Both the position numbers and the translations under genes were made by a program. Below are positions 44,801-55,545 of a DNA stretch of 64,000 nt, piece after piece. This stretch comes from a virus (taxonomy: Duplodnaviria; Caudoviricetes). Numbering within the stretch: the stretch's first letter is position 1; each line of letters begins with the position of its first letter. The DNA is taken from positions 2,934-66,933 of IMG/VR virus record IMGVR_UViG_3300049235_000002. One strand, 5' to 3'. The notes under the pieces were generated by a model. That model saw nothing but the letters and a program-made list of their open reading frames with translations, did no database searches and was not told the DNA's origin.

Positions 44801-46068
44801 CTCTATTTACCTGTCAGCGCCTTAAGCAAGTCATAGCAATCCCTGCCATGCGCCGGATCGTCAGGGTGATGCGCGCAGTAGCAACCGTCGCCGCTAGGAG
44901 TTTGTAGCAGCAACCCTACCTCCCGCATTGCAGCGTCCCAGCCGTGCATGAACGCCGTGCGGCAAGTCTCTACGTAGCCGGACTTATCAGCAGATTGCTC
45001 TCGTGCTAGATGATCGTCACCTGTTATTACGCCCATCGCCCTCATTCCTTTCGCTTGTCGTAACAACTCTTACACTGTCCATCTGGTCCAATCCACTCAA
45101 CGCGTATCCATTGTTGCGTGTTGATGCGTGCTCTGATCGGTCCACGGCAAGAGACGCAGAGCAACTCAATATCAACCAAGCGCGGATCGGGCTGCAACGC
45201 GGCCACGAGATCGTTGGTTAATGTCGTGTCGTAGATTCGGTTAAGCTCGTTGGCAATCTGTAGCGCGTCCATTGCTAATCATTCCTACGTCGAATATTTA
45301 CTTACGAGGTCGCGCAGCCATTGAAGTTGCGGTTCACTACAGCCCCAGCGCTCAATCTTATCCGGCATCTCCTCGACGAAGCTCAACTCCTTCGCATTCA
45401 TCTTCTCGGTGCAATCTTCCAACAGAGCAAGACACTTGCGAGCGCTGGCGTTGCGTTCATTATCGCTTAGTACGTTATCGCGTTGATGGTAGGTCATAAG
45501 GTATCCTTCCCTAACCGCGTATCGGTATCTTCTACCAGTAGCTTTTCTAATCGCTCACGGGCTGAAATCAGTTCTGATGTAAGTGGCGAGAACCTAACCT
45601 CTTTTGCGAGATGTAAGGAGCCGTTCATGCGGTCACGGTAAGCATGGTGCTCGGCAGCATGCACTACAGCGTCTAGGACCTTTTCTACGTCACTGCGATG
45701 GATGTTCATCTTCAAACTCCTTGTTGGTAATATAGTGAACCTGTGCACCGCAAGCAGAACAGTAAATACCTATCTCACCTTTGCTTGGCGGCGGGCAGCC
45801 ACAGTTAAAACAGACTAACTCATCATCGTCCATCCTCTTCATCCTTCCTTTGCCAGTTGGGCCATTGCGTCGTCGTAGTTCGCCAAGGCGACACGAAGCG
45901 CATTGCGCGTAGCCGCCTTGTCGTTGGCCTCCCATCGGCGGACAGCAACCACAACTGCATACAGTCTGTCCACCTGCGCCGCGAGCGTCGCGTTCAACGC
46001 TTCAAGTTGCTGAATCCGGCTGATTGCGTCGTGATATAAACTGGTCCCGTCTATCGTTCTCGCTGCCA

Positions 46069-46728
46069 TCACCTATCCTCCCCAACGTCAATCGTCTCAT
46101 CCAGCTCCGGCATAGATTGGTCCGACTCACTCACCGCCCACGCCCAAACCCAGCTGCGCTCACCAATGCCGTCGTCATAGCGCCGTCGCATGTGCAGGTC
46201 TGTCACCCGCGCGTCGTTGGTCCACCAGCGAGCTATCTGGCCGGCGTCCAGTATCGCGCGTGCCACCTTGTCAATGTCGCGGCCTGCGGCTGGCAACTTT
46301 GGCGCGTTAGGCTTGAGTGTTCCATCTGTCCGGTAATGCGCGCGTGGTCGCGGGACATAGAGCTTGATGTTTACCGCGACTGGCCCATCAAGCGGGTTCA
46401 CAGGCTTGTGTCGCACCATCGCGTCAACTAGCTCCTGCCGCCAGCTTTTCAGGGCCTTGTCGTTATCATCGACGATAACTACGCGCTTCAGGTGCGGATG
46501 CACAAACCCGCGCTTGCTGCCTTGGGTTTGCGCCGGTCCCCATACGCAAGCGCTGCCAAGCCATGCGGCGGGCTGGGCAGGCGGAGCTATCCTATTCGGC
46601 TCGCTGTCCCAGTTGTCGTCAAACAAGCTACTCATCACGACCGCCGCTGTCCTGTTCGCGCCTGAATTCAACGTGAATATCCATCGTCGTTGACGGCTGC
46701 AATGATCGGTATCGATCCGTGCCCTCAA
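46069..46728 (-). CDS. rusA: RusA-like Holliday junction resolvase
   Basis: QTQGSK, WRQEL, LYVPRP, RDIDKVARAILDA...W.NDARV.DL. Confidence 0.8.
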   Translation of the reverse strand: MRARIDTDHCSRQRRWIFTLNSGANRTAAVVMSSLFDDNWDSEPNRIAPPAQPAAWLGSACVWGPAQTQGSKRGFVHPHLKRVVIVDDNDKALKSWRQELVDAMVRHKPVNPLDGPVAVNIKLYVPRPRAHYRTDGTLKPNAPKLPAAGRDIDKVARAILDAGQIARWWTNDARVTDLHMRRRYDDGIGERSWVWAWAVSESDQSMPELDETIDVGEDR

Positions 46729-46839
46729 CCCGCTTGGTATGTGGTACCCAAAACTTGAAGATACCTACATCACTCATGTGTTCGTATACCCAAAACCTAC
46801 TCGTCCCGTGAGCGTAAGTCGCAACAATGCTTAGCGTGG

Positions 46840-47337
46840 TCATCCAACCTCCAGCAGCTGCGCTTCTACTCGCGCGCGCTCCATTGTTACACAAGCCCCA
46901 TCCGCGCAGTGTTTGTAGTAAGCTGCCAAGACACGAAGCGTCACGCGCTCAGCCCACTGGCGATTCTCGGCCCAGTAAACAGGTATCCGGTACTTGGTAG
47001 ACCAGCTGATATACGAACCCATTGCCGTGGCTGCGTTGACCCGCTTGACTTGCGGCGGTGGAACAACAAACTCAGCCATGCTGCATTCGATGACTATCGC
47101 GGCTCTGTCCAATAGCGCCATGCGTTCCAGGCAGCGCTCAAACCGCTTGCGTTCTGTAGTTAACATGGCCCACGCATCACCGTGACTTTTTCTCTCGACT
47201 GCCAGTACGTCGGTCAGCCCCTCAAGGCTATAGTCGCCTGTTTGCAGCGTCGTCCTATAGCTCTCGTAACCATCAAACATAAATCTCGCTTGCTCTCTGG
47301 TGTCTATCGCGATTCTTGGCAGGACTAGCTCTTTCAT
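46840..47337 (-). CDS. ERCC4/XPF-family nuclease
   Basis: IAIDTREQ, LQTGDYS, VERKS, RFERCLERM. Confidence 0.85.
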   Translation of the reverse strand: MKELVLPRIAIDTREQARFMFDGYESYRTTLQTGDYSLEGLTDVLAVERKSHGDAWAMLTTERKRFERCLERMALLDRAAIVIECSMAEFVVPPPQVKRVNAATAMGSYISWSTKYRIPVYWAENRQWAERVTLRVLAAYYKHCADGACVTMERARVEAQLLEVG

Positions 47338-47340
47338 GGC

Positions 47341-48159
47341 TTAGAACGGCGCACCTTTCGCGGCTGTAAAACACGCCTCACGCACCTGGCAGTAGTCGCA
47401 ATAGCCCTTGCCGCCAAACCTCATCGACTCCCCGGCCAGCGGTAAATCAAACGCGTCAACTGACCCGTCAGCTTGGTAATATCCAGCCGCTTGGTGGTAA
47501 AGCTCCCTGACCGAATAGTCACCGTCATACGGACAATGGTCCAGACAGCTAGCCAGGTCCATTAGCCCATAAACCTTTGGCATCAACGGCGGCTTGTTTC
47601 TATCGCCGTTTGCACCGCTAAAGCTGTACCAGATTGCGCCTTTAGTTGGCCGTTCGCCGAATGTCTGGCTATACAGCTCGGCATAAATCGACGTTTGAAT
47701 TACATATTCGACACGCGGACCGGCTTCACCAACAAGATACTTGTACCGAAAATTGTTCGTGTGCTTGTGTTCCTCGATGAACAGGTCATTGCCAACCCAT
47801 CGCACGCGATCTATTTCTCCTTCAACCTTGATACCGTCAATCAATCCGCTTACCCTAACTTTCACCCTGTCGGCAGGCGCGTGAGCCTGCATTGTGGCAT
47901 CCCACGCGCTGCCAACTAACAATGCGTTGTAATCAAGCGGGTTTACTGCCACAGGCTTATCAGCCTCTATAGCACGAGACCGGACACAGCCCAGCCCCCC
48001 AGTGACTGTTACCAGCCCCGTGCCATAGTAGTCGGTGTCGGAATTCAACACCGCGGCCGCGTAATCGGGATGGACCACTAGCCCGCAAGCCGTTGCGGCA
48101 AAGTGATCCAGCGGCACGTTGGCCCTGCATTTTTGGCAGTAGAACGCGACGATGGGCAT
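47341..48159 (-). CDS. Cas4/RecB-like PD-(D/E)xK exonuclease with Cys ligands
   Basis: GEID...IEEHK, Q...YAELY, C-terminal CDYCQVREAC, N-terminal CQKC. Confidence 0.75.
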   Translation of the reverse strand: MPIVAFYCQKCRANVPLDHFAATACGLVVHPDYAAAVLNSDTDYYGTGLVTVTGGLGCVRSRAIEADKPVAVNPLDYNALLVGSAWDATMQAHAPADRVKVRVSGLIDGIKVEGEIDRVRWVGNDLFIEEHKHTNNFRYKYLVGEAGPRVEYVIQTSIYAELYSQTFGERPTKGAIWYSFSGANGDRNKPPLMPKVYGLMDLASCLDHCPYDGDYSVRELYHQAAGYYQADGSVDAFDLPLAGESMRFGGKGYCDYCQVREACFTAAKGAPF

Positions 48160-48163
48160 GGTT

Positions 48164-48604
48164 TTAGAAAGGCACGTCAGATGAGTTGCCGTTGCTTGAC
48201 AGTGCCGCGTCTTTTGGCAGAAAGTTAATCAATCTGATGTACTTTTTACCGTCTTTGGTTTGGTAATCGGTCTTAACCCGGAAAGTAGAGCCCGGCGTGA
48301 TTTCCGCCAGTGTGGTCCCGTAGTGCTCCCTAAGCACCGTATCGTTGTTGTGGGCCAACAACGCACCACGTTTACGTGACTGGTCCCACGATGCCTTGTT
48401 AGCCGCTACTTCCTCTTCGGTCGGCGGCGGGCTCATTCGCTGTTTGAGATTGAAATTGTTGGCCGTGGTCAAGCGCCCTTCAATTTCGTAGTACTCTTGC
48501 CCATCAGGCCAATAGCCCTCGGTAACACTGTCAACCAGAAAATCATGGTTGCCGATGCGGTTATCCACACTGGCCTCTTTGTCTAAATCGTCCCAAATGC
48601 TCAT
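48164..48604 (-). CDS. Putative phage ssDNA-binding protein
   Basis: OB-like size, acidic C-terminal DVPF tail, position in the recombination cluster. Confidence 0.6.
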   Translation of the reverse strand: MSIWDDLDKEASVDNRIGNHDFLVDSVTEGYWPDGQEYYEIEGRLTTANNFNLKQRMSPPPTEEEVAANKASWDQSRKRGALLAHNNDTVLREHYGTTLAEITPGSTFRVKTDYQTKDGKKYIRLINFLPKDAALSSNGNSSDVPF

Positions 48605-49491
48605 TGCTTTATCGCTCCTTTGGTTGTTTTGGTTATTAGTTTTGCAAACTCTGCTAGATTGAAGTCATCAATCCGATCAGGCACCTTCACTCCACCATCC
48701 CAATCGTCCCGTACCTTGGCGTAGTTCTCGTTATTACCCGGCGGGTTGCGAAAGGTTGCCGCCACGCTGTCCCGCGGCTCTCCGGTTGCCTCGTCCTTGA
48801 TCCGGCAGGGTGTCAGTCGAAAGATGAAATCAAAGGCTCCTTTGACCGCTGTCAGCGCGCCCTTGCCGGGTGTTTCCGGTATCCACGGCATGCCTTTGAC
48901 GTACTGGCTGATTGACGTTTGGTCCTCCCAAAAGGTCCAGTACATGTTGCTGCCGAGCTTGATAAAGGCATCAAGCAACTGTTCGCATTCGTAGCCCGTC
49001 CGCCACCACATCTGCTGGCTATTTAGATCCTGCTCTTTAGTGACATACGACGAGTACTTGCGAAAGCTCGCATCAAGTGCCTGCTTGGATTTACCCTCGA
49101 TCACTCCCTCAAGCGCCTTCTGCGCGCCCATGAAGATGTCGTGGTTAATCCAGTTGAGAGCGCGTGATCCGCCGTCCACGCACACCCATTTGTCGCGGGT
49201 TGTAAAACCTTTATCGCCAGCCCATCTGTACCCGTCACGCAAGCCCTGTCTGTCACCCGCACGAAATACAAATCGCTCATCAACCCGGCTGGAGATTGTT
49301 CCCAAGCCATGCTCGCAGCTGATAATCGCCACGTTTTCAACGCCGAATGCCTCGATTAGATGACCGATTTGTAGCGTCTTGCGTCCGCCCTGGGCTGCAT
49401 AAGCGGCGCACTTTAGCGTCTCGGCAAACGGCTTGAGTTGCGACTGCAAGTCATTTGAGTCCACGCCTGCTTCCTGTATTGTTGCTGCCAT
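48601..49491 (-). CDS. AAA_24/Sak4-like recombination ATPase
   Basis: YAAQGGRKT (deviant Walker A), CEHGL, VCVDGGS, GAFDFIFRL, YAKVR. Confidence 0.72.
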   Translation of the reverse strand: MAATIQEAGVDSNDLQSQLKPFAETLKCAAYAAQGGRKTLQIGHLIEAFGVENVAIISCEHGLGTISSRVDERFVFRAGDRQGLRDGYRWAGDKGFTTRDKWVCVDGGSRALNWINHDIFMGAQKALEGVIEGKSKQALDASFRKYSSYVTKEQDLNSQQMWWRTGYECEQLLDAFIKLGSNMYWTFWEDQTSISQYVKGMPWIPETPGKGALTAVKGAFDFIFRLTPCRIKDEATGEPRDSVAATFRNPPGNNENYAKVRDDWDGGVKVPDRIDDFNLAEFAKLITKTTKGAIKQ

Positions 49492-49530
49492 GTTTACCTT
49501 TTGTCCTACCAGTGAATTGAAACGACAGGC

Positions 49531-49612
49531 AGTATACAGAGCGTCTACAAAATTGCAAGGATTATTTTCAACTCGATTAACGTCAATTTGACCGTATACA
49601 TGGCGTAGACAA
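49531..49612. promoter_or_regulatory. Divergent control region with 19-bp imperfect direct repeats
   Basis: GTATACAGAGCGTCTACAA (49532) and GTATACATGGCGTAGACAA (49594); minus-strand TTGCAA-16-TATACT. Confidence 0.55.
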
Positions 49613-49632
49613 CTGTGGTAATCTGCGCTGCA

Positions 49633-49827
49633 ATGTTTTTCAACCTGACTGAATCTGCTGCTCGTATTGGCATCAGCCGGGCCTGGCTGTATCGGAAGTA
49701 CCTACCTCGATACCGTCCTACGATGATTGCCAGGCGTCCGGTATTATCGAGAGAGCAAATCGCGCAGATTAAAGCGGAAATCAGGACGGAAGAACGGCAA
49801 AAGCCCAACGGCAACGGTCACAAGTAG
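49633..49827 (+). CDS. Small HTH (Xis/AlpA-like) DNA-binding protein
   Basis: FNLTESAARIGISRAWLYR. Confidence 0.7.
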   Translation: MFFNLTESAARIGISRAWLYRKYLPRYRPTMIARRPVLSREQIAQIKAEIRTEERQKPNGNGHK

Positions 49828-49846
49828 GCAGCAACTCTCAACCAAC

Positions 49847-50899
49847 GTGGCAGGAAAATCCCCTAGAAGCAGGCCGCATGTCTTCGTGCGCGATACTCTG
49901 ATTCGTCAACACCGACAAACCGCTTTTACTTCCGGACAATGGTTCAGGTTTAATGGGCGGTTATGGGAAAACATACCTGAATACCTGATCAAACAGGAAG
50001 CGCAGGCAATTATTGATAGTGATAGCAAGCTGGCAATCACCGCCACAGCTGGAACACTAGAGAGCATCACAAATCTAGTAAGAGTTGCGTGCTCAAGGCC
50101 GGACGGAATCATGGATCGGAAGACGGATTTGATTACCTTCCGTGACTGTACACTGGAAATCAGCACACGACAGCGCCGCGAACACAACTGCAAGGACTAC
50201 CTTACATCAGCGTTTCCTTTCGATTACAACCCTAAAACCCGTTCAGACGTATGGGAAATGTACCTTGCTGAAGTGATCCCATCTGACTGTCTCTCATTCT
50301 TGCAGGAATTTGCCGGGTATGCACTGACTACGGACATGATGAAAGAAACTGCAGTATGGCTTTACGGGCCATCCGGCTGCGGTAAGTCCACGTTCCTTGA
50401 CGGGCTGCGGGCTGCGTTTGGAAACCGTGTTACAACCTTCAGTATTGCAAACCTAGACTCTCGTTTCGGGTTAAGTCACCTCAACGGAAAGACTCTTGCC
50501 ATTGCCTCCGAGCAGCCAGCGTCGATGAAACAGGTTCAGATTCTCAATCAGCTTATCTCCGGTGAAGGGATCATGGTTGACCATAAGTATCACGATCCCT
50601 TCGAGATGTTCTGCCGCGCTAAGTTCCTATGGGCGATGAATGAGCTGCCGGATATTCCCAAAAGCGGCATTGGCCTAGCTCGTCGAGTGGTAGTAGTTAA
50701 ATTTCCGCCAATGGATGAAAGTAAGCGCAATGAGAACATTAAACGCCAGATCAAGCTCTCCGGTCAGGCAATCTTTAACTGGGCGCTAGACGGGCTGGAA
50801 CGATTGCAGGCACGCGGTCACTTTCTCAAGCCTACTGAATCCGCCCATGTTCTCAGGCTTGCAGTTGCCCAAGATCCCAAAATAGACCTTTCCCAGTAA
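49847..50899 (+). CDS. D5/P4-alpha-type SF3 helicase (no primase domain seen)
   Basis: WFRFNGRLWE, LITFRDCTL, LQEFAGYAL, GPSGCGKST, ASEQ, MNELP, RRVVVVKF. Start uncertain (GTG 49847 vs 49727). Confidence 0.85.
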   Translation: MAGKSPRSRPHVFVRDTLIRQHRQTAFTSGQWFRFNGRLWENIPEYLIKQEAQAIIDSDSKLAITATAGTLESITNLVRVACSRPDGIMDRKTDLITFRDCTLEISTRQRREHNCKDYLTSAFPFDYNPKTRSDVWEMYLAEVIPSDCLSFLQEFAGYALTTDMMKETAVWLYGPSGCGKSTFLDGLRAAFGNRVTTFSIANLDSRFGLSHLNGKTLAIASEQPASMKQVQILNQLISGEGIMVDHKYHDPFEMFCRAKFLWAMNELPDIPKSGIGLARRVVVVKFPPMDESKRNENIKRQIKLSGQAIFNWALDGLERLQARGHFLKPTESAHVLRLAVAQDPKIDLSQ

Positions 50900-51171
50900 G
50901 CCGTTCGCCATACTGGGGCGGAATTTTGCCAAGTGTCCTATTGCCCGACATTTAAGGTGTTCGCCTCTACTCCCTACCCTCGTAGACTTGAAATAAAAAA
51001 CTTTCCTATACCATCGCGTATGAAAAAGTTTATAAAGAAAGGTTTAGACAATACCCCTGTTTTATTAGGCTTTTTACACTTCGCTCCCTGTTCAACAGTT
51101 TAACAATTAACTATCGGTCACGATTTCACGCTACATTTGATTACGTTGACCTAACATGTTAATATACAAAC
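50900..51171. other. AT-rich intergenic region: candidate replication origin plus leaderless promoter
   Basis: Long A/T runs; inverted repeat AAACTTT..ATAC/GTAT..AAAGTTT; TTGATT-17-TAATAT (51137-51165) overlapping palindrome TAACATGTTA. Confidence 0.45.
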
Positions 51172-51381
51172 ATGATACAAGGTGATAACAAAAAACGACT
51201 ATTACCTGTAAGATTAAGTATCAAAGCGTTTGCGCTTCTTCAGGCAATGGCTGACGAACAAGGGATTTCCAAGGGCTCAGTACTGGAGATAATGATTCGC
51301 AAGCAAGCGGAAGAAGTCGAGGAGTCAATGCCATTGGTATATGCGGTAATGCGTGGAAAAGGGGATGAGGACAATGACTAA
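51172..51381 (+). CDS. Ribbon-helix-helix (CopG/Arc-like) regulator
   Basis: RLLPVRLSIKAFALLQAMADEQGISKGSVLEIMIRK. Confidence 0.78.
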   Translation: MIQGDNKKRLLPVRLSIKAFALLQAMADEQGISKGSVLEIMIRKQAEEVEESMPLVYAVMRGKGDEDND

Positions 51382-51802
51382 CTACCGATATAACCTGATC
51401 GAAGGGTGGTCAAAACTGGACAGTTCTCCACTATCTGAACCAGTAGAAAGCCAGCACTGGGATGATTACCTGCAAGCTAATGGCTACTATACCTCCGGTG
51501 ATCGCATTGGTCACGACTGCGGCTGGGAGGTGATAGTGCGAGGCGTTGACAAGAGAATGAAGATCCAGCCGCAGTTTCCATACGTTGTCGAAATCGGTAA
51601 TTCCAGCGAGAGCGAACTAGTGTTTTGTGATGACTTTCTCAGCGCGGCAGACCTGGTTTCTAAGTTTGCGCCACTGGCAACGGCTCAAGTGATAACCAGC
51701 GTGTTCGATTGCTGCTTGTCACTTGTCATTGAGTTTGCCTTTCATTCCGCCTCTGTCTTTCGCGCCCTGAGTCATAGACCTGAGCCAATCAAGGTTTTGT
51801 AG
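51374..51802 (+). CDS. Hypothetical protein
   Basis: ATG 51374 with SD GAGG, overlapping the RHH end. Confidence 0.5.
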   Translation: MTNYRYNLIEGWSKLDSSPLSEPVESQHWDDYLQANGYYTSGDRIGHDCGWEVIVRGVDKRMKIQPQFPYVVEIGNSSESELVFCDDFLSAADLVSKFAPLATAQVITSVFDCCLSLVIEFAFHSASVFRALSHRPEPIKVL

Positions 51803-53094
51803 TTCGACCACAGCATTTGAGAGCACTATTAGTTGCTCAAAATCACCAGCGTTACACAGAAACGATACATCTTTAATCGGCGTCTTCATGTGCAAGCAAT
51901 GAGTTTCCTTCGGCCATTGAGAAACAGGCTCCAGTAGTTCACCGATCCACCAATCGCGGTCCATGTCCATAACGGCGGAGGCGATACGTTTGCATTTGTG
52001 TGGTGGCTGGAGCATGCCGGCAAGCGCCCCGTCAATAATTTCTTCGCTCGTCTGAGGACCACCTTGAGCAATCTCGTTACAGATTGCTTCACATGCCCGT
52101 CTAGCCTGCTCGCTCATCGCTTCAGCTACCGTCCTTTCACTACCACCACCTCAACCGCAATTAACCAATCCGCACAATCACTGTAATCATCGTGGCACTC
52201 CAACACATCTGAAACAGCCTCCGCAGACGCTTAGAGTCGATCTGCACCTCCCACAGACTGCGTGTGGACAATCGACTACCAAGATCCCGTCAATGGGACA
52301 GGTTGTGGTTTGCTGCTTGAGGCTGTCCGTCATCGTCTACCACCTTTCACTTCGCGCTCGTCCAGCGTGCCGCACTCTTTTGAGTGTATTCAGGACAAAC
52401 GCTCCAGCGATTCAAACGCTGCGTTGAAGTCGGTTGTCACTTTTGTAGTTACCACGTCTTCTCGGGGTCTTTCCGCAGATGCATCATGTCTCGACTACGC
52501 ACGAATGACTTCACTGGACAGCCCGCCTGGATATAACATTCACTGCAGATGAAATGCCCGTTCTCGCGGTTTAGTGTTCCTTCTTCCTGCCAGACGTAGT
52601 CGTCTGCTGTCATGTCCGTCACGCCGCTGTGCGCTTCACTGGCCGCGCTGACGTATTCAGCAAGTTCATTTGGCCTCTTGTTGCAGCCAACGCAAATCAG
52701 TTCCGGTCGATTGCCGTCATGCATTTCAGCGGTCATTGCTGCGCCTCACTTTCTTCAAACGTTATTAGATCCGGCCATTCGCGATGGTCGTCCCCGGCCA
52801 GTTCCTCCAACCGCATATCGATTAACTCCTGAATTTCATCTCGGCTGCGACACCTAACGTACAAATGCCACGTCCACCAGAAGCGATGTCTTAAGTTACT
52901 GGCTAGATCCGAATAAGCCTGATGCAGCACGTAACGCAGAATGCTGCTATAGCCACCCAGCGCTCGAAACATCATCGAGAAGCACATATGGGTCACCAGG
53001 AACGGCGGCATGATATCGGCGTGCTTAAAACACTCACGGGCAGCCTTGCAGCGTTCCTCGTATAGCGTTTGATTTGGTGGCGTAATCGTTACTC

Positions 53095-53343
53095 TCATCC
53101 TTCGTGCTCCTTGGTGGTGGTCGTTAGCGGCAGCGCTGGCAGCGGCATCCAGTGTGTCGGCGGCTCACCGTCATCGGTAAAAGCATCATTGCTATGGGTG
53201 ATCCAAAAATCTCGATACCCCTCAACCCAACAGCCGACCGCCACTCGATACGGCGTAGTTGTGTAACCGCTGTCGCCAAGTAGCAGAATGTAAGTTCCGT
53301 CTTTCGGTGCCGTTTCAATCGGTTGCCACTCGTTACCCATCAC
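53095..53343 (-). CDS. DUF551-family protein
   Basis: WQPIETAPKDGTYILL...PTHWMPLP. Confidence 0.85.
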   Translation of the reverse strand: MMGNEWQPIETAPKDGTYILLLGDSGYTTTPYRVAVGCWVEGYRDFWITHSNDAFTDDGEPPTHWMPLPALPLTTTTKEHEG

Positions 53344-54008
53344 CTCACCCGCTCCTTTTCAACTGACCCATTTCGTCGTGATAGCTCCACCAAATAGTTT
53401 CCAGATCGTCTAGTGACGACTTGGGCCAGCCAATATCAAGGCAGAACTTTAGCCACTCTACGCAGTTTCGAATTGCCTTCGTTGTTGGGCGTGACGGCAT
53501 GCTTTCACAGTCGCTGAAATGCGATGACGCTGAACACCGAATGTCACGTGTGCAAGCCATCACTCAAATCTCCTCTCTCAACTTGGTTCCTGACGCGGGG
53601 GAAGTGCGACTAGCTTATCTTGCAAGCCTTGTTCGCTGACTTAATGGCGTCTCGAAGGTCGTACAGAGCAGTTACGTCAACGCTTCCATTTACCACGCGC
53701 CCCTCTGCTTTTACGGTAATTGCCAGCGCCTCGCATAATTTTGTTATCGCCTCTCCCACCAATTCGTTAACCTGACATTGCTCCCGTGAGCTTAGTAGCC
53801 TCATCATTAACCTCTTTCCAGTTCATATTGTCGCGCAATACCTTCGAAAATTTCAGACCATCGCAGAGTAGATATCTCTGACCCAAGAAACCTAAGTGTT
53901 GCCATGTTTTCTTACCGCACGTCAGGCATTCAAACTGTGACTTGTAGCCCCTACCAACGTATTGCGTCATAGCCACGTTGCGTCGGCAGATTGTCGGAAC
54001 GTGCTCGC

Positions 54009-54191
54009 TCATTTCTTCGCTCCGTTCCTTTTAGGCTTGCCCAGCGGCTCAACCGAGATGACGCGACTCGAACCCGCGCGTCTGAATATAACCTCGTCGC
54101 CCGCCTTGAGTGCCATATCGCGGACGATTTGCTGCGGCAGTACCACCATCAGCGAGCCGCCCACATTGCGAATTCTGTATGTTTCATTCAT
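54009..54191 (-). CDS. AbrB/MazE/SpoVT-family DNA-binding protein
   Basis: RIRNVGGSLMVVLPQQIVRDMALKAGDEVIF. Confidence 0.85.
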   Translation of the reverse strand: MNETYRIRNVGGSLMVVLPQQIVRDMALKAGDEVIFRRAGSSRVISVEPLGKPKRNGAKK

Positions 54192-54199
54192 GGAGCCGC

Positions 54200-54228
54200 A
54201 TCCTATCGTATTGATATCGTATTGTCAA
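54200..54228 (-). promoter_or_regulatory. Sigma70 promoter for the AbrB-like gene, with tandem CAATACGATA repeats
   Basis: TTGACA-ATACGATATCAATACGA(17)-TAGGAT, then 8 nt to ATG. Confidence 0.75.
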
Positions 54229-54569
54229 GCGATAAAAATAAATCTCACCGCGTTCGCCGCAACCAGCGCAGTAACCTTCTATACCACGGCAACGGAGCAC
54301 TCGTATCCAGCGTGATCACCCGCTTCAACTTCGCCGTTGTCTCCTCGTCCACGGGAAACCTCATTGATTGTTTAGCCTGATAGATGCGAGTCTCAATCTG
54401 ATCGTTAATTGTCAGCCTGAGTGGTTTGGGGGATTGAGGGATCATTAGCGATAGCTCCTCTCGTCTGATACTTACCTGGTTCGTAAACGTGGCGGCATTG
54501 CAGCGCCGAAATTTTTCGTTGAGTGCAATGGTCTTCGTTGACCTATATTGCGGACAGGTGCGGCAGTCG

Positions 54570-55235
54570 TTAAGCATCGCGCTTTCTCCTCTCTCGGCCC
54601 ACGGCGACGAGAGCAACACGAGCGCGTACAAACGCAGGCGGCATCAGTCCCTTGTCGTAAGCGTCCTCTACGGTGCCGACAAATCCTCGCGATTGCTGCC
54701 AGAGCACAGTTGAGACTTCGGCTTCAACGAGGGCTTCTTTGAGCGCCGCCACGAGCGACGGCACGGCGTTGTGGTCTGAGACAATTTGACGTGCGTCTTC
54801 CTCGCGGTAGACATCTGCGACTATCTCTTGTTCTGTCGCATCAACAACCCGCCAGCCGTGCGTCGGCATCGCCTGAACGCGCCACTCCCCGCTTGTATCC
54901 GGCGCAGGTTGAGCCTCTGACTCTCGCGCGTACCACGGCTGAAACCGCTGCTCGGTCTTCTTACAGTGTCGCTTCATTCCATCCGGCAATGATTGCGCAT
55001 TGAATCCTACGCCGCCGTTTGTGCCTGACGGGAAGATCGTATGCTCGCAGTCGTCGCAAAGGTTTTCATCGCAGACGAACTGCCCCGTCTCGGGACAGTT
55101 TCTTGTAGCTGCGGCCCTACAGGATGCGCAGATTTTGTTAGAGTGCTTTTTACAACGCGGGTTTCCTACTTGCTTGCATGGACCGATCCACGCTTCGTCA
55201 AAACCGCAAATTGTCGTTATTGTTTCAGTTGCCAT
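54570..55235 (-). CDS. Cys-rich zinc-binding hypothetical protein
   Basis: CGF..AWIGPC...C..H..KICASC...C......C...LCDDCEH. Confidence 0.6.
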   Translation of the reverse strand: MATETITTICGFDEAWIGPCKQVGNPRCKKHSNKICASCRAAATRNCPETGQFVCDENLCDDCEHTIFPSGTNGGVGFNAQSLPDGMKRHCKKTEQRFQPWYARESEAQPAPDTSGEWRVQAMPTHGWRVVDATEQEIVADVYREEDARQIVSDHNAVPSLVAALKEALVEAEVSTVLWQQSRGFVGTVEDAYDKGLMPPAFVRARVALVAVGRERRKRDA

Positions 55236-55545
55236 CTCTTCCCTTTCAAAGTGATGCGCGTAGTCACAGTCACTTACATCAATCGTTACTATCCTTAGTT
55301 TCGAACATCATCGCCGCCTCAATGTCGGCCAGTTCGGTCAATCTGTTCTTCAATTGGTGACTGTACGGTCACGCTCGCGGCTGTAAACGCAGGCGCATGT
55401 TCTCTCAGCGTTTCGTTTACCATATCCTTAACAAACTCAACTGCGTCTTCCGGCGCGTGAGCCGCTACGTCCTGTACCTCAATCGTGATAGTTACCCTGT
55501 ATGTATTCATCGTCTCATCTCCTCGCGTTGTGTCGTTCGCTGTTA

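Noticed and set aside
47341-48159. Cas4-like gene as a sign of a CRISPR system
   Set aside because: No repeat-spacer array or other cas genes were seen; the context is a phage recombination module.
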